A stretch of DNA of 64,000 bases from Hydrolagus colliei. Taxonomy: Eukaryota. The DNA is taken from contig CM068756.1 of the NCBI GenBank assembly GCA_035084275.1, positions 9,238,001 through 9,302,000 on the forward strand, in the 5' to 3' direction. The position numbers and the translations under genes are program-made. The notes under the pieces were generated by a model. That model was given only the letters and a program-made list of their open reading frames with translations. It was not told the DNA's origin and made no database searches. Position 1 is the first letter of the stretch; each line of letters opens with the position of its first letter. This document shows positions 14,176-26,932 of the stretch, piece by piece.

Positions 14176-14224
14176 GCCAATGATCTCTCATTTTCCCTCG
14201 TATATTACATTGATCTTAAAGTTT

Positions 14225-14365
14225 TAATAATAATAATAATCCTTGCATTTGATATAAAGCCATTTATACTTCTTAGTGTTTCACAGAATCTACTGTAAAG
14301 TGAATTGACTGTATATTTTGTGGGGGGAAACACGGCAGCCAATTCTATACAGCCTGTCCCCAACA
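14225..14365 (-). mobile_element. SINE 3' fragment, inverted relative to its neighbour
   Basis: taataataatccttgcatttgatata...cacggcagccaatt. Confidence 0.82.
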
Positions 14366-14809
14366 ACGGCTGTCTGGTATCTTGTCAAAGAATGTACGCT
14401 TTCCAACAGGTAGAGAACAAGAGTAGAAATTCTGTTTAACATTTCCCCTACCTCGCCAGGAGCTCATTTCAGCACCCTAACTGGACTCTAGCTGAGATCA
14501 GTTAACTCAGCACAGACAGAATTAAAACCTAAAACCTACTGTGCATCAAATCCAAGGAGTTTCTTATCAGTGTAATAACAGGTTTTTGTACTTTTACTTG
14601 CTAACCCATTGAAAGCAACTTTGTGCTTGTTTATACTTTTCCTTCAAAAAAAATTGAAAATGTTACTTTGTAACATTTGTAACAATATTTAACAATCAAT
14701 GGTGCATATTTTGGACAATGCTATTTTTTCTGATTTTATTGGGTTGTGATTGCAATTTATCTGGCTGATCTTATTCTCAGATTGTTCAGGGTAGCTGTGT
14801 TTTTTTTTG

Positions 14810-15560
14810 ATAAAGCACCTTACATGTCAGAGGATTTCTCAATGCTTCACAAGATGTACTGTAAAGTATATTTTGTAGGTGACCACAGCAGTCAATTTGC
14901 ACACAGCAATGTCCTGCAAACAGCTATGAAGTGAATGACATTTTATCCGGGGGATCATTGGCCAATATTTCAGGACCAACCCCTTTCTCCTTTGAATCTT
15001 GCCATCCACTGAACAGGAAAACGGGACCTCAGTTTAACGTACATTCAAAAGATAGCAACCTCAACAATGCAGTATTTCCCTCCCATCACTGTATTGGAAT
15101 ATCAGCCTGGATTATATGAGTTCAAATTTGATGTTTCAACTGGCAATATCACACCCCGGCTCGACTACGCCAACGCCCTGCTTGTCGGCCTTCCCAGTTC
15201 CTCCCTCCACAGGTTGCAGATAATCCAGAACTCTGTGCCCCATGTCCTCCACTGCTCTAAGCTTTGTGACCCCCAGCTCTCCCCATCCTCACCCGACTTC
15301 ATTGCCTCGCCACTCAGCCACCCCTCCCTGGTCTCCTTCAAGACCCTCCTTTGACGGTCCCATCGGTCACCCTAAATGCCCCCATTTCCCTCCACCCTCC
15401 CCAGCCCGACGCCAGCTCGGTTTGAAACAATGACTGTCTGGCGCCTTGGGACGTCCTGCTGATGTGAAAGGCAGTATAACAATGTAATTTTTTGTTGTTG
15501 TGGTTGTTGTTGCAACCTTCTAATTCAAATAGTGCTACCAACTGAGCCAGGCTGACACCT
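14810..15560 (-). mobile_element. Older DeuSINE (SacSINE1/AmnSINE1-like), interrupted by an L2 insertion
   Basis: Deu-domain-like gggacctcagtttaacgt...gatagcaacctcaacaatgcagt...cagcctggatt; reversed tRNA head tgctaccaactgagcc resumes after 15513. Confidence 0.65.
15148..15513 (+). mobile_element. L2 LINE 3' fragment
   Basis: Encodes ITPRLDYANALLVGLPSSSLHRLQIIQNS (L2 ORF2 RLDYCN.LL.GLP...LQ.IQN); ends in a (TTG)n tail. Confidence 0.85.
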
Positions 15561-15607
15561 CATTAACTGCATTGACTTTGTGTAGTCATAAAAAGCAACC
15601 GATCCGT

Positions 15608-15690
15608 TCTGATGAGGAATCGGTCTCAAAACATTAATCTATCCTGTTTCATTGATGCTTTGCTCATTTCCAGCATTTTCTGTTTCTATT
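15608..15690 (+). mobile_element. Penelope-like remnant
   Basis: ctgatgaggaatcggtctcaaaacattaa...gatgct...atttccagcattttctgttt, resembling 30080-30205. Confidence 0.5.
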
Positions 15691-18423
15691 TAACATTCCC
15701 AATATGTTTTATAATTTATAGAGCAGTACTCTAATGCAATAATAATCATAGCAATAACCTCAGCAGTTCTCCCTACAGCATCTCAGGATGTGCTCCCATT
15801 TCACAGCGGAATCGAATGTTACAGTAAATTGTCAGATTCCAGGGATTGGTCACGAAGATTTTACAAATGTAAAATTAAAACCTGGTATCGTAGGGATGCT
15901 AGCTATTATATCTGAACCCGCTATTAATGCAGAATATTTTAAAAAGCATCATTTGAGGTATCGATGATTGCTGTAAACAAGAATGTTTTAATGATGATCA
16001 ATTTTCACACTTGATACTGGTAAACAAAGGTGGGTCTGCCGGTTTCAAGAAAATTGTCAAAAAGATGAGAATTTAGACTGAAACATGCATCAGTTAGATG
16101 TGATATTCTGAGTCTAAAGTCTTCAAGGCCTATTTTTCTTTGGTTGTCAATTGCTTCCTAACAAACCTTGGATTGATTTTTTCCCAAAGCTTTTAGTAAA
16201 ATATGCCTCTAAGAGTTTGTAATGTATGCATTGGCAGACAATTTCAAATTAATTGGTTCTTTAGCAGCTAACCCACTGCTGGTGTATTTTTCCTCAGCTG
16301 TTTTATTTTATTTAGAAAGTTGTCTAATCCTATGATCCAACTTATAGACAGTTAGTCTGAGTGTTAGAACTGTATCAAGTATCCATGATTTGATGTGATG
16401 AAGTCCAAAGTGATGTCTTCATTAGCAATAGCTGCAGATTGCTATTTGAATTTTTGTTTTCACATGTTTTCAATGACATTAATGCAATATCATTTCTTCT
16501 ACTGGAATGTGTGGTTTAGCTCCGATATCTAGAACTATGCCTACTTTCTGATATGGAAGGATACTGTGGCAGGCCCTGGTCTTCACGGCTGGAATTATTG
16601 ATTTGTGCAAACTTTGGGGGGTTTTAAAAAATGAAAAATTTGAAAACAAAAAAACTGAGGACAAGGTGGCCAAGCAGTTTCATTACAGTAACCAATGCAT
16701 CAGAAGTAAAATGTAGTTCAGTGGAAGACTGATGAGTTTTGTCCTGACTTTTGGAACCTGAGAATCGCAAATTATCACAATGAAAACATTTCGAGAGCCT
16801 GGATTTGTACTAGAGGGAAAAAGGAACACAGATAGAGGAAGCTGATAGTATCAGCTGCAAAGGGGCTTTGTTTTCGCAAATGATGTATGGTTCCTGAGAC
16901 AGGCTTAGCAAACAAATTACTGCCCCTATCCACTCCAGTAGAGTACTTGGCCACTTCAGAACAAATCACAGTTAGATAAATAACACTATAAGAAGATACC
17001 ACTCCACAAACTGCTAACAATAGCCTATTCAGCATGTATCACAGGAAACACTGCCATAAGTATTAATTATAGCTTAAATGGGTAATTCATCAATTCAAAG
17101 CTCTCTAGAGTAATAAACTTACTGTTCAGATTTAATGCACTGAAATGCTGGTGAAAAGCATCTCTTAGTAGTAAGTCACCAATTAAACCAATGGTTGTCT
17201 TAGAATTAAACCACCGAGTGTTCTTTATTTAGCCAGAAAAAATTCTTCAGGGGTGTTGGCTTTTATTCAGTATTGAAAGAACGGCTGAAATGTCAAAGAG
17301 AAAGAAGTGGTGATGGTTCGTGATCTTGATTTATGTGTTTAGTGCGGACATTCTTCCAAAGCTACATCAATTCCAGGTAGAATGCACTTCCCGGTTCTGC
17401 TCTGTATTGGCCTGATGTATGACCCATTGCAGCTCAGCCAGAGCCATGCATGTGCAATGAATAGACTGCCGGTAGCATTCTGGAGGTGCCATGCATTATC
17501 TGAAAGTACTTAGATACAAGTAACAAATTAAAACTTACGAGACTTTAAAGAAATACAGTACCATTAGTAAAAAAAAATGCAGAGGTAGAAATTCTCTGGA
17601 TCCATTAAAAGGCTCTCACCAATATCAATGTCAAAATGTGCTATGAAAAGATCTCATGATTTCTCTACAAATACAATACTGCATTTCATTTCAAGCACAA
17701 CTCTGTACTTAATAAACATTGCATTGAAATATGTCTTGGGGGGGGTGGGGGGGAGACAAGAAATGATTAAAACATTTCAAACCTATTGATTAAGCTCTTT
17801 AGTAGATTTGATTCAGGATTTATGAATATTTTAAGGAAATGTGTGAAGTGTAACGTCATTTGCTGCCTAATCCACAAACTGACATGCCAAATTCCTCTAG
17901 TGAGGCATTGGGTTGTGTAAATAATAAATAATACTTAAAAAGGAACCACTGAGCGATTTTGCAGTCATCCCTGAGTGCAATATCCCAGCAAGAATCCTGA
18001 GTGAATAATTGAATGCGGCCAAATGTTGCGCCACCTTATTTCTACGGGTCACATCAACATCTTTGTCCAACCTTAATTTTCCCATGGTGGTCACTGCTTT
18101 CCCACAATGTGAAATGTTTTTAGCCTGTTCCCCAGTGGATTATTTGGTTCTTGGGGAAGTGTCTTTGAATCCCTGAACCTTCCTTGACCCTGACTAATCA
18201 AAGCTTGGTTGCTATTGCTAAGACGTGGCTCGTATCTTCTCTGGGCTCCGGCGGACACTTTGCCCACCCATTAAAAAAAACCTTGCAGAAGGTTTCAACA
18301 TTTATCACAGGCTTCTGTACCTTTTTAATTTCCTTTTTAATTTGTGGATCCCTTTCCGCAATCAGTATTAACACTTCTGATTATTAAATATAGTTATCAT
18401 TAACATCAATGTTAAGAGGAAGT

Positions 18424-18530
18424 ATAATATTAATAATCCTTACATTTGATGTAGCGCTTTTCACATCTTCTAGACATCTCAAAGTGCTTCACAGAATATA
18501 CTGTAAGGTGATTTGACTGAAAATATGTGA
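18424..18530 (-). mobile_element. SINE 3' fragment
   Basis: taataatccttacatttgatgtagcgcttttcac...cacagaatatactgtaag. Confidence 0.8.
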
Positions 18531-19660
18531 GCTAAATACAATGAGAAGTGGTCTTTGCCATTTATCTAGACAGGACTAAACCTCTCGTCTGCTCGTGTGA
18601 AAGAACAGCATCATAATGCACTGTATGCAGTGACACCTGATGAATTTTAGGCAGTTTTCTGATTCTCTTTGAGATCTGGCTCTGTCTATATTGTTGTGTT
18701 TTATCAATATAAATCCCAGAGAATCATTTACTCGCACTGTGTGTTTTGGAGAAAGTAACCTTAATTGAGCAGCTCAGCAAAGGTCTGGTTTACAATGAAT
18801 TTTTCAAGAAGGTCCAATTTGTTACAAAATCCTTCCCCCCCAAAGAGCATGTGAACATCAACTCGTAATGAAGTGTGTATTTGCAGTTTAAGCTGCTGCA
18901 GGGCTCTGGCCGCAATTATTGACTTAAGTAATTGAGAGGATGGAGTGGCTGTTACAGTGCATTATGATGCCATTCTTTCACACTAGCAGACAGAGGTTTC
19001 AATCCCGTCTAGTCAAATGGCAAAGACTGCTTTTCACTGTCTGGGTGAGTTCAAAGTCCCAATGTGGGGCTTCAACCCAGCACCTTCTAATTTGCCGGTG
19101 AGAACAAATGAGCCAGGTTGACGTCTAACAGCGCACACTACTGTTGTCGAATTTCCTTTAATGTTGGAATTTTAGAGGATGGCAGACATTTAAGAAGCAG
19201 CTTGATGCTGCAAAGCATTTGCCCTGAAGAATGAGATTAAATGGGCCAAAAGACCTTCTTCATTCCAATCTGTCCAGTGAAATGTAGCAACTTTGGCAAT
19301 GAGTGCTCAGAGGTGATTTTCACATTGAAAGTGGAAAATGTGCTCGTAGCTGCAAGTGTAAACTTTTGCTCTTACTCTTGGGAACTTCAGCATTACCTAA
19401 CCAGAATGATTTGATTTACTTTCTCGTATGGTGGTTGGGTTGAAGTGTTTTGTCCAGACAGATGAGAGGATGCCAATAATGCTACTGTATCAAGTGACTC
19501 AATGTCCGTGGATTCAAATGACAAAAATGAGAGAAATGATCTCAAGTGCAACATTTCTGTATATGTTCAGGTAACACTGAATGTAGTGTATATGTTCATA
19601 TCCACTAAAAGTGCTCCCTTGCTGGGGAATTCTGATGATTGCAGCTTATCGGTATCTTTG

Positions 19661-19767
19661 GCCCATAAACTATAAAGTCAATTGACTTTACAGTATATTC
19701 TGTGAATCGCTTTAAGACATCTCGAAGACGTGATGAGACGCTACATCAAGTGCAAGGAATATTATTA
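19661..19767 (+). mobile_element. SINE 3' fragment
   Basis: tttacagtatattctgtgaatcgcttt...tgcaaggaatattatt. Confidence 0.78.
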
Positions 19768-20644
19768 GTGTTTTTGTATCTGTAAAGTTTGTAAGTGGAG
19801 CCAGAATACCCGTTCAAATCTACGTTACATGTCGGCAAGAGTGGCTGTGGTTCAGCAGGTGTAAGCGAGTAATAGCTCTGGTCCATGGCTTGGGCCTTTG
19901 CCAGTAACAGATGTGTTCAGTCAAATGAATAATTGAAAACCTTAAACAAAATCAGCAGCTTGGCTATTTCTACTGCATAATAAAGCAGCTCTCATAAAGG
20001 TAGTGGGGGAAAAAAAACGCCCAGCTCATCATCACTGCCATTAACAATCATGAGCAAAGATGAAAACAACGCATGGTTTACACTGAAAATGAAGGCTTAT
20101 AACCAGAAAGAGTCCCAGGAGTCCATTACCAATTTTAATAATACATCAAGGAGCCATACCCTGAGCAAACAGTTCCATGCGAAAGCCAAACACAACAAAC
20201 TACTTACAGTTACCGCATGGAGAGGCAACTCCCAGTGCTATGAATTTAGCAAATTTATAAAGGTACATAACATGATAGCTATTAGCTAAATTAAAAGAGA
20301 GCCATTACTGCAGTGGAGAGTTGCACCACTTGCCAGTTTAGGACCACAAGCCGGAAACTTGGAAGATGCATTTTTGTACAGGCGAGTGTGGCGTGAGCAA
20401 CAGTCAAATTATGTGCATGAATAATAAAATTCATCTAATTAAAAAAAACTGTAGTTAAATATGCAAAAAATAATGATAATGAGATTGTGCAATACCTCAG
20501 AGTGTAGCACATTATAAATTACTTAGAAGTGTAAGTTGGCCTGACCCAAACATTGAAGGCTTGAAGCTGCCTTGTACATTGTGTATGCATGCACGTGCCT
20601 GTGTTCCCAACATTGCAGTGCTGTTTGGAATGGTTCGACCATCG

Positions 20645-20832
20645 TCAATTCCTGGTACAAGGAGAGCGGCCCTTTCGTAACAATGCCTTCTCTGCACTGT
20701 GCAGAGCCATCTCTGCGTACGGCAAGATTTCCATCCCCATTCGGCTTTGGCTACGGGAGCGAGTATTTCGCAGAAGGGTCGGGAAACTGTTGTGCTTACG
20801 AGCACGCCTATCCTCACTCGTCGATTTGCCAC
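20645..20832 (-). CDS. sowah: Probable terminal Sowah coding exon: (C)GKSTSEDRRARKHNSFPTLLRNTRSRSQSRMGMEILPYAEMALHSAEKALLRKGRSPCTRN*
   Basis: Strong acceptor tatttttcctttctccag|GT; phase 1 matches the previous exon; open for 61 codons to TGA at 20645-20647; locally GC/CpG-enriched like an exon. Confidence 0.8.
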
Positions 20833-23567
20833 CTGGAGAAAGGAAAAATATTGATTTGGGAGGAGAATAGTCTTTTACGGAGCAGAGAATTGTATTTAAC
20901 TGTTTTCATGCACTCCCGTGTGAAAACAGTTCCTTTGTGCATGTTAACGTTTTACTTTCTGGGAAAAGGAGCATTGTGGTGTTTAGTGAACAACAACGAA
21001 CTGCATTTATGTTGCGTCCTTCATGTTGGGTGGACATCTCGAGGTGCTGAACAATCTACCTTGTGCATTGAACAAACGCTTATGAGCATGAAAAAAAACT
21101 CCCAAACTATATGACACTACTGGGCAAACTTTAGTTTTGTAGGTAATAGTTTGGTAGGTTTGTGGAATCTGTGGGTGGTTGCTTTTAGTTGGAAGTGCAT
21201 TGCACTGAGCTGATCAGTATAGCTTTTGGCTGCTGTTATAAAGGGGCCATACATTCCAACAGGGCTGGTGAGGTCGCCTGAGCATTGACCTCCTGTCTAG
21301 TTATTTTTGCCATTTCGTGCTGTTTTGTTGCACAATATCTTATGAGCAGTATTCATCAAAATGTTCATGCCAACCAGTGTGCAAAGTTTCCAAAGTTCTG
21401 TTTACCAAACACTGAATCCACCTGTATGTGTCACGTCACTTCTATTGTAGGCCAATCTGTGCAAGTACACAATGCAATTAGATTTGTTTTACTTGTGTGT
21501 AAGTATCATAATAATAGTCTTCCAGGTTGGAAGCTAAAACTAGGCTTGAATAACTGTATTCTATATACTTACCCAAAGTGTATAATTATCCACTGTATAA
21601 GTAACAGATCTAGGCTTCTGAAATTTTAGATGTTCAAATGGAATCTACACTTAGACAGAATGTAATTAAAATCATAGCCTGCGAGTAAGGTATTTTGAGC
21701 AACTATTGCATGTAATACCTGATTTAAGAATTTAGAAAGTAGGGAATGAGAAAAGCTTCATCATCTACACACGCCTGCAATTTGTCTCTTCCCATCTTAT
21801 TGAATCTTTGAGGCGATTCTGCAAAGCAATTTTTCTGCCCCAAAAGAGCAATGGAAAGAATATGTACATAACCTTAAAACCATTGACCAGGTGTCATAGG
21901 TGTCGGCTATGCAATAACAATCATATGGCCTCGATAGTAAATTCATTAAAACCTTTTCTTATTCTGTCACTTTTGAGGATGAAATATTTCTAATGAAAAG
22001 AACAGCAAACTTTATAAAATATACACACACACGCTCTAAATAATAGATGCATATTCTTAAAAGAAATGCATTGAGCTAGTGAAATAAATACCAACTTAGT
22101 GACAGGCTGTATCCAGAGCAAGTTAAAATCCACGCTATGAGGCCACCTAAATTTTAATTAGTGACATATTTTATTTAGCAATGTGCTGTTTCCTGATTTT
22201 AAAAGCTTAATTTATTTAGTTATTTATTTCTCAACAGCAGAATTCTGACATGAAAAAGATGCAAATGAGGCTGCCTATAATGTCTTATGTAGGAAATTGA
22301 AGCACTTTTGTAATTAAATGATGGAGTAGCAAATTCTTAAAACACCACCATGTCTGCCTGAAATGAAGCTTAAACCTACGCAGTATTTTCTCTACACATC
22401 AATAAGCATTTGAGCTCATCAATAAAAAAAATTTAATAGTACTGTGGACTATACTGACTCGCGCTTAACTATTCAAAGTATCGGCAATTAAACTGTCAGC
22501 TGATAGCAGTAGCCACTTTCCCTTCGATCCGAAATCAGCCATACACACACTAAGCACAGCCTCCAAACAATGCGCTGTTCTGCAATCCATAGTCTGTGCT
22601 GCAGATATTCATTCCATAACATTTGTCTTTCAATAGTTGTTTGCATTCGCAGTGATACCATTTGCAGAACAGATGTAGTTATAGCTATATATCTAAGTCA
22701 TATTTGTTGCACCTTACAATTGCAACTTTGATTTTTTTAAAATCTTAGAACTGACAAAAGGTTGGAGTTCTTTGCTGCTAGTTATGTAGTGCTCAGTTCT
22801 GGTTTCTCTTTGTTTAATTTTTCCATCTTAGTTTGAAACTAAAATGAGTTCTGCGGAGAGACAGGAAACCATCTCATTTGAGTCATCTCGAACCACACAC
22901 AATGAGATCCTGCAGGGTCAGTGCAGTGTGTGTAGAGATTTTGGTATCGAGTGAAACAACTGATATGGGAGTAGTGAATTTCACCCACCTCTCTATTATT
23001 CTCTTTTTTCTATTTTCCCTCTTTACTAAGGGTGTTGCCTTAGAGTTGCCGTTTGTGAATACACTGAACATTCAATGCAAGTCTGAAACTCGGGCACAAG
23101 ACATGAAGCACTTCAAGACAGGCACCAAGCTCTTTTTCTGGCTACAAGTATAATCCTGTACCAACCTTGATGAGTGCAGCAAAACAAATCATTATGAGAC
23201 TGCTTAGAGCACTTACTGGTGAATCTTGTTCTCCACATACTTTGGATCTTGTTTCTGTGATGGCAGCGACACTTATCTGAATAATTTGCATGTTCACTCA
23301 CAGAATACAATACCTCCCTGGAACCTACTGTCTAAAACAAACCTGACAAGTAGGCTTCAAATCAAATCATTTGGACTGGAGCCCTGCACTGGATTTGAGA
23401 AGATAGAATAATTGATCAATGCAGTTGCCTTCAGCAAAGTGTGAAATGTTCACGTTGTTTGCATCAGGCAAAGTCTGGCATGTTACACTAATCTATTAAA
23501 TGGTTACATGCAAGTCCTGGAACTTGCTGACAACAGGTAATACTTGACTCAGTGCTCAATAAACTTT

Positions 23568-23886
23568 GGATAGGTCTGTAGGTCAGTGGTTAGAGCACTC
23601 GCCTTACAAGTGTGAGACCTGTGTTCGAATCCAGGCAGATCAGGCAGAAACCTTGGGCAAGTTTCCTTGCTCCACACGTCCAATAATAATCCCTCCAAAA
23701 AAAAACACAATTATAAAATTGGTCGTTCAATCCACGACTGTTTGTGGAACACTGCTGTGCGCTATTGGCTGCCGCGTTTTGCCCACAAATATAGTCAATT
23801 CACTTTACAGTATATTTCTGCGAAGTGCTTTAAGATGTTGATAAGATGCGAAAAGTGCTATATCAAATGCAAGGATTATTATTATT
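23568..23886 (+). mobile_element. Full-length tRNA-derived SINE
   Basis: tRNA-like head gtaggtcagtggttagagc...gttcgaatcc, family body and (ATT)n tail. Confidence 0.9.
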
Positions 23887-26836
23887 TGCAGTGCTGCACT
23901 ACAAAGTAATGCAGTCTAATTAAATGTCTCGGGGACTAAATTTTGGATGTTTTACAGACCCATGTCCACTGGAAACCCACTTGGATGGTGATCCCAATTC
24001 AGATGTCTGTGAAATCACTGTGGAGTGGGGTTCCAGAGGGTCAGCTGAGACACATCTGGGACTTGTTAATTTCTAATCCTTTTGTGAATCTCGGACTTCA
24101 GCCCACATTACCTGCTTTCCACAGAGAGGAAGCCTGTGCAGAAGACAAGTCTATTTCCAGGAATTATAATATTCACAAAAGTGCATTCAGTGAAATTTAA
24201 CTGAGCCCTAGTAACTACAGTTCCAATACATTACTCATTTTCTTTGTTTGACAGTCAGATATATTTTCTGTGATTAATTCTTGTAAATCATGTAACTCGG
24301 GGCTCATAATCCTGCTGCCCTATCGTCAAAGAGAAAAGATTGGTTTTTGAAATGAAATAGTCTATAATAGGACTTCACAAACAATGACTTGCCCATAATA
24401 CTGAGTATTGCAAGTCATTGCCACCTGGGTAAGCTAAGTATTCGATAAAATAAACTAACTTGAGAAACATTCAGTAATTAAATGGAGAGAAGCATGAGTA
24501 ATGTGAAATGATTGGTTTCACTCCCTGTTGAAACTAAAAACACCACCACCATACTCCTTTAGAACTTCTATGAAAATTGTCTGGAAGAAATAAAGCGTTG
24601 AATAAATGCTACTTAGTATCAGCTCATTGGATTTGAAGACTCGAGCACTATACATTGCACCAAATTGTATGAGGAAGAAGAAACTTGGTGGTTGAGCATG
24701 AATTTACTGAATAGCTTCTGTGCCATTTTTATAATGCGCTGAATGTGTTTGCTTCCGTTCTAAACATCAGTGAATTGAAATCAGTCCCTAAATCCTCGTA
24801 ATGATTAGCTTTGAGTACCTCTTGTTGACTTGCCTGGCACGTTTAATCCGACAGTCGGAGAATACAACAAATTCTTGGCATTAAGCATTTTTTTGTTTTT
24901 ATGGAAGTTATGAGGTCTATAACTTAATGATAACAGTTATATTAAAATATTTGTTGTTTATTGCACACCAGACTCTTGGGGGCAAGTCCTCCAAGCTTTG
25001 GCCACAAAATTCAGGACTGCAATAATCTATATTACATGCTCATGTAGATGTCTAATTTAATCACGTCAGTCTATTTACAAACTGTGGACTACCACCTATA
25101 TATAAGAAACTGTAATTTTTGGCTGCTGCAGATCTTTTACACAATAATACCCTTGATCTATTTTAAAGAATGTGGCAGATTATGTATAAAGTAAGAATAG
25201 CACTGAGATTATTTTGCTACCAATATGCAGTCATGTATTTTCTCAGTCTGCCAGACAAACCACTATGTTCAGCTTGCTTTAATTTTGGTATGCCTGCAAA
25301 TCTAGTTTACACATGTAGCTCAGTTACACCAAGGCACATTCTATACTTCACTTAAATATTTCCATGCAGCATATCTTTAGGTTTATGTAATGTTGAATTA
25401 TTGTTAATATAATGTTCACGCTGCCTGCTTAAAGTGTTAACTTGAGAATTGGCCTATGCATAAGGAAGCATGTTTATTTTACAATGAGAAAGTCATAATA
25501 TCATTCCTGTGCTTTGTATGCCAAGGCACATGCTTTTATTTTAAGGAAATAAAACTTGTTCTATAATGAGTTCTTTTCCCCACAGAATTCCATAGCACTG
25601 CAATTTCAACAGATGAATAAATCATTGTTGAAAAGTTCTAATTTTTCATTATTTGTTTTTTTGGAAAATTAACTGAAGGATACAGACAAATAATAGTTGA
25701 TCCATAAAGTATTGCCTTGAAATGCATTCCTTCAACAATATGATGAAATCCAAATTTTATTAACCGAACGATTAGTAGAAAACAGCATCAACTGTCCCTA
25801 CAAGGGCCCAAATGCTGTCAACAAGGGGGTGGGGGGGGTGGGCAAAGACATTTAAAAATAAATGAAAACATTTTATTTATGACAAAGAAATAGACATTTA
25901 GAATCTACTATTGCCATATTGTTTGACAAATCACAATACAAAACTTTACATTTTAGATAGGTAACACTGAAACTTCGAGAGCCCCTCCAAAAAAAAATTA
26001 ATTTGAATGGATGATTATTCTAATATTCTTAGAGAATGTATAAAACTAAAAGATTTTCAGGATCTCCAAATCATGTCATTTCATTGTCCAGATAATATGC
26101 TCTACACTGGAGTTCCCTTTCTCCTTTCTCCACCCCCCACAACCACCCCATGATGAAGGCTGTCAAATCAAGAAAGTCATTAACAAATCTTGATAAATTA
26201 CACCATATACAATATTAATGCTGATTAATTTCAAATTACACAAACTTCTTTTGCATAACATTATATTTCTTTGTCAAACTCATATACAAAGAATAGCGCT
26301 CCAGGCATCATTTCACACAGACAAATTTAACAGTTTTTAAAAAAAATTGTTTCAGTTTTGAAAAGAAATAATGATCCTGTCGTCTTTAACCGTATGAGTG
26401 CTGCTAAGTTCTATTCTTTGTGAGAAAACAACATATGTGAAACCCTTCTAAAATAAGTTACTATCAGAAAGTAATTTAGTAGCCTTGAAATATGGATCTG
26501 AAGGAGAGTACAATTTCTGAAAAAGTAATTAACCAAAATGTCTAAAAACTTCAACAGTAAAGTGCTTAATTTTACACTTATACCAAATCCTAGAGCCAAC
26601 AGCCCCTGTCCATCTAAGAGTTAATACTATAGTTAGTTCATGACGGTTTAACCAAAAGTTTTAATAATGAAGTGTGTTCCCTATCAGTAATATGAAGGTC
26701 AATTGTACATTATTTTCACCATCTGGAGCTCTCTTTCCCTTTTTTTAATGATCTGCCGCACTTTTATTTCTGCTTGTCCTTTCCTATGACTGACAACTGG
26801 AAAAGGAAAAAAACCAGTAAGAACGCTGAGACTTAC

Positions 26837-26932
26837 ATGACTGCAATGAAGCTGGCTTGAATAAATCTTCACTCCCTTTCCAGTAGTGCAGTGGCATCTT
26901 CCCATCGTAATCCCTGATGTTTGGTTTGGCAT
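26837..26932 (-). CDS. sowah: Sowah coding exon (96 nt, phase 1-1): (N)AKPNIRDYDGKMPLHYWKGSEDLFKPASLQS
   Basis: tttttttttccag|ATGCCAAACC...CAGTCAT|gtaagt; completes the second ankyrin repeat (NIRDYDGK resembles SOWAH xRDxSGK). Confidence 0.9.

Noticed and set aside
20572-21114. 180-aa + strand ORF and the overlapping 106-aa and 93-aa ORFs
   Set aside because: Shadow frames of the minus-strand Sowah terminal exon; no recognisable domain.
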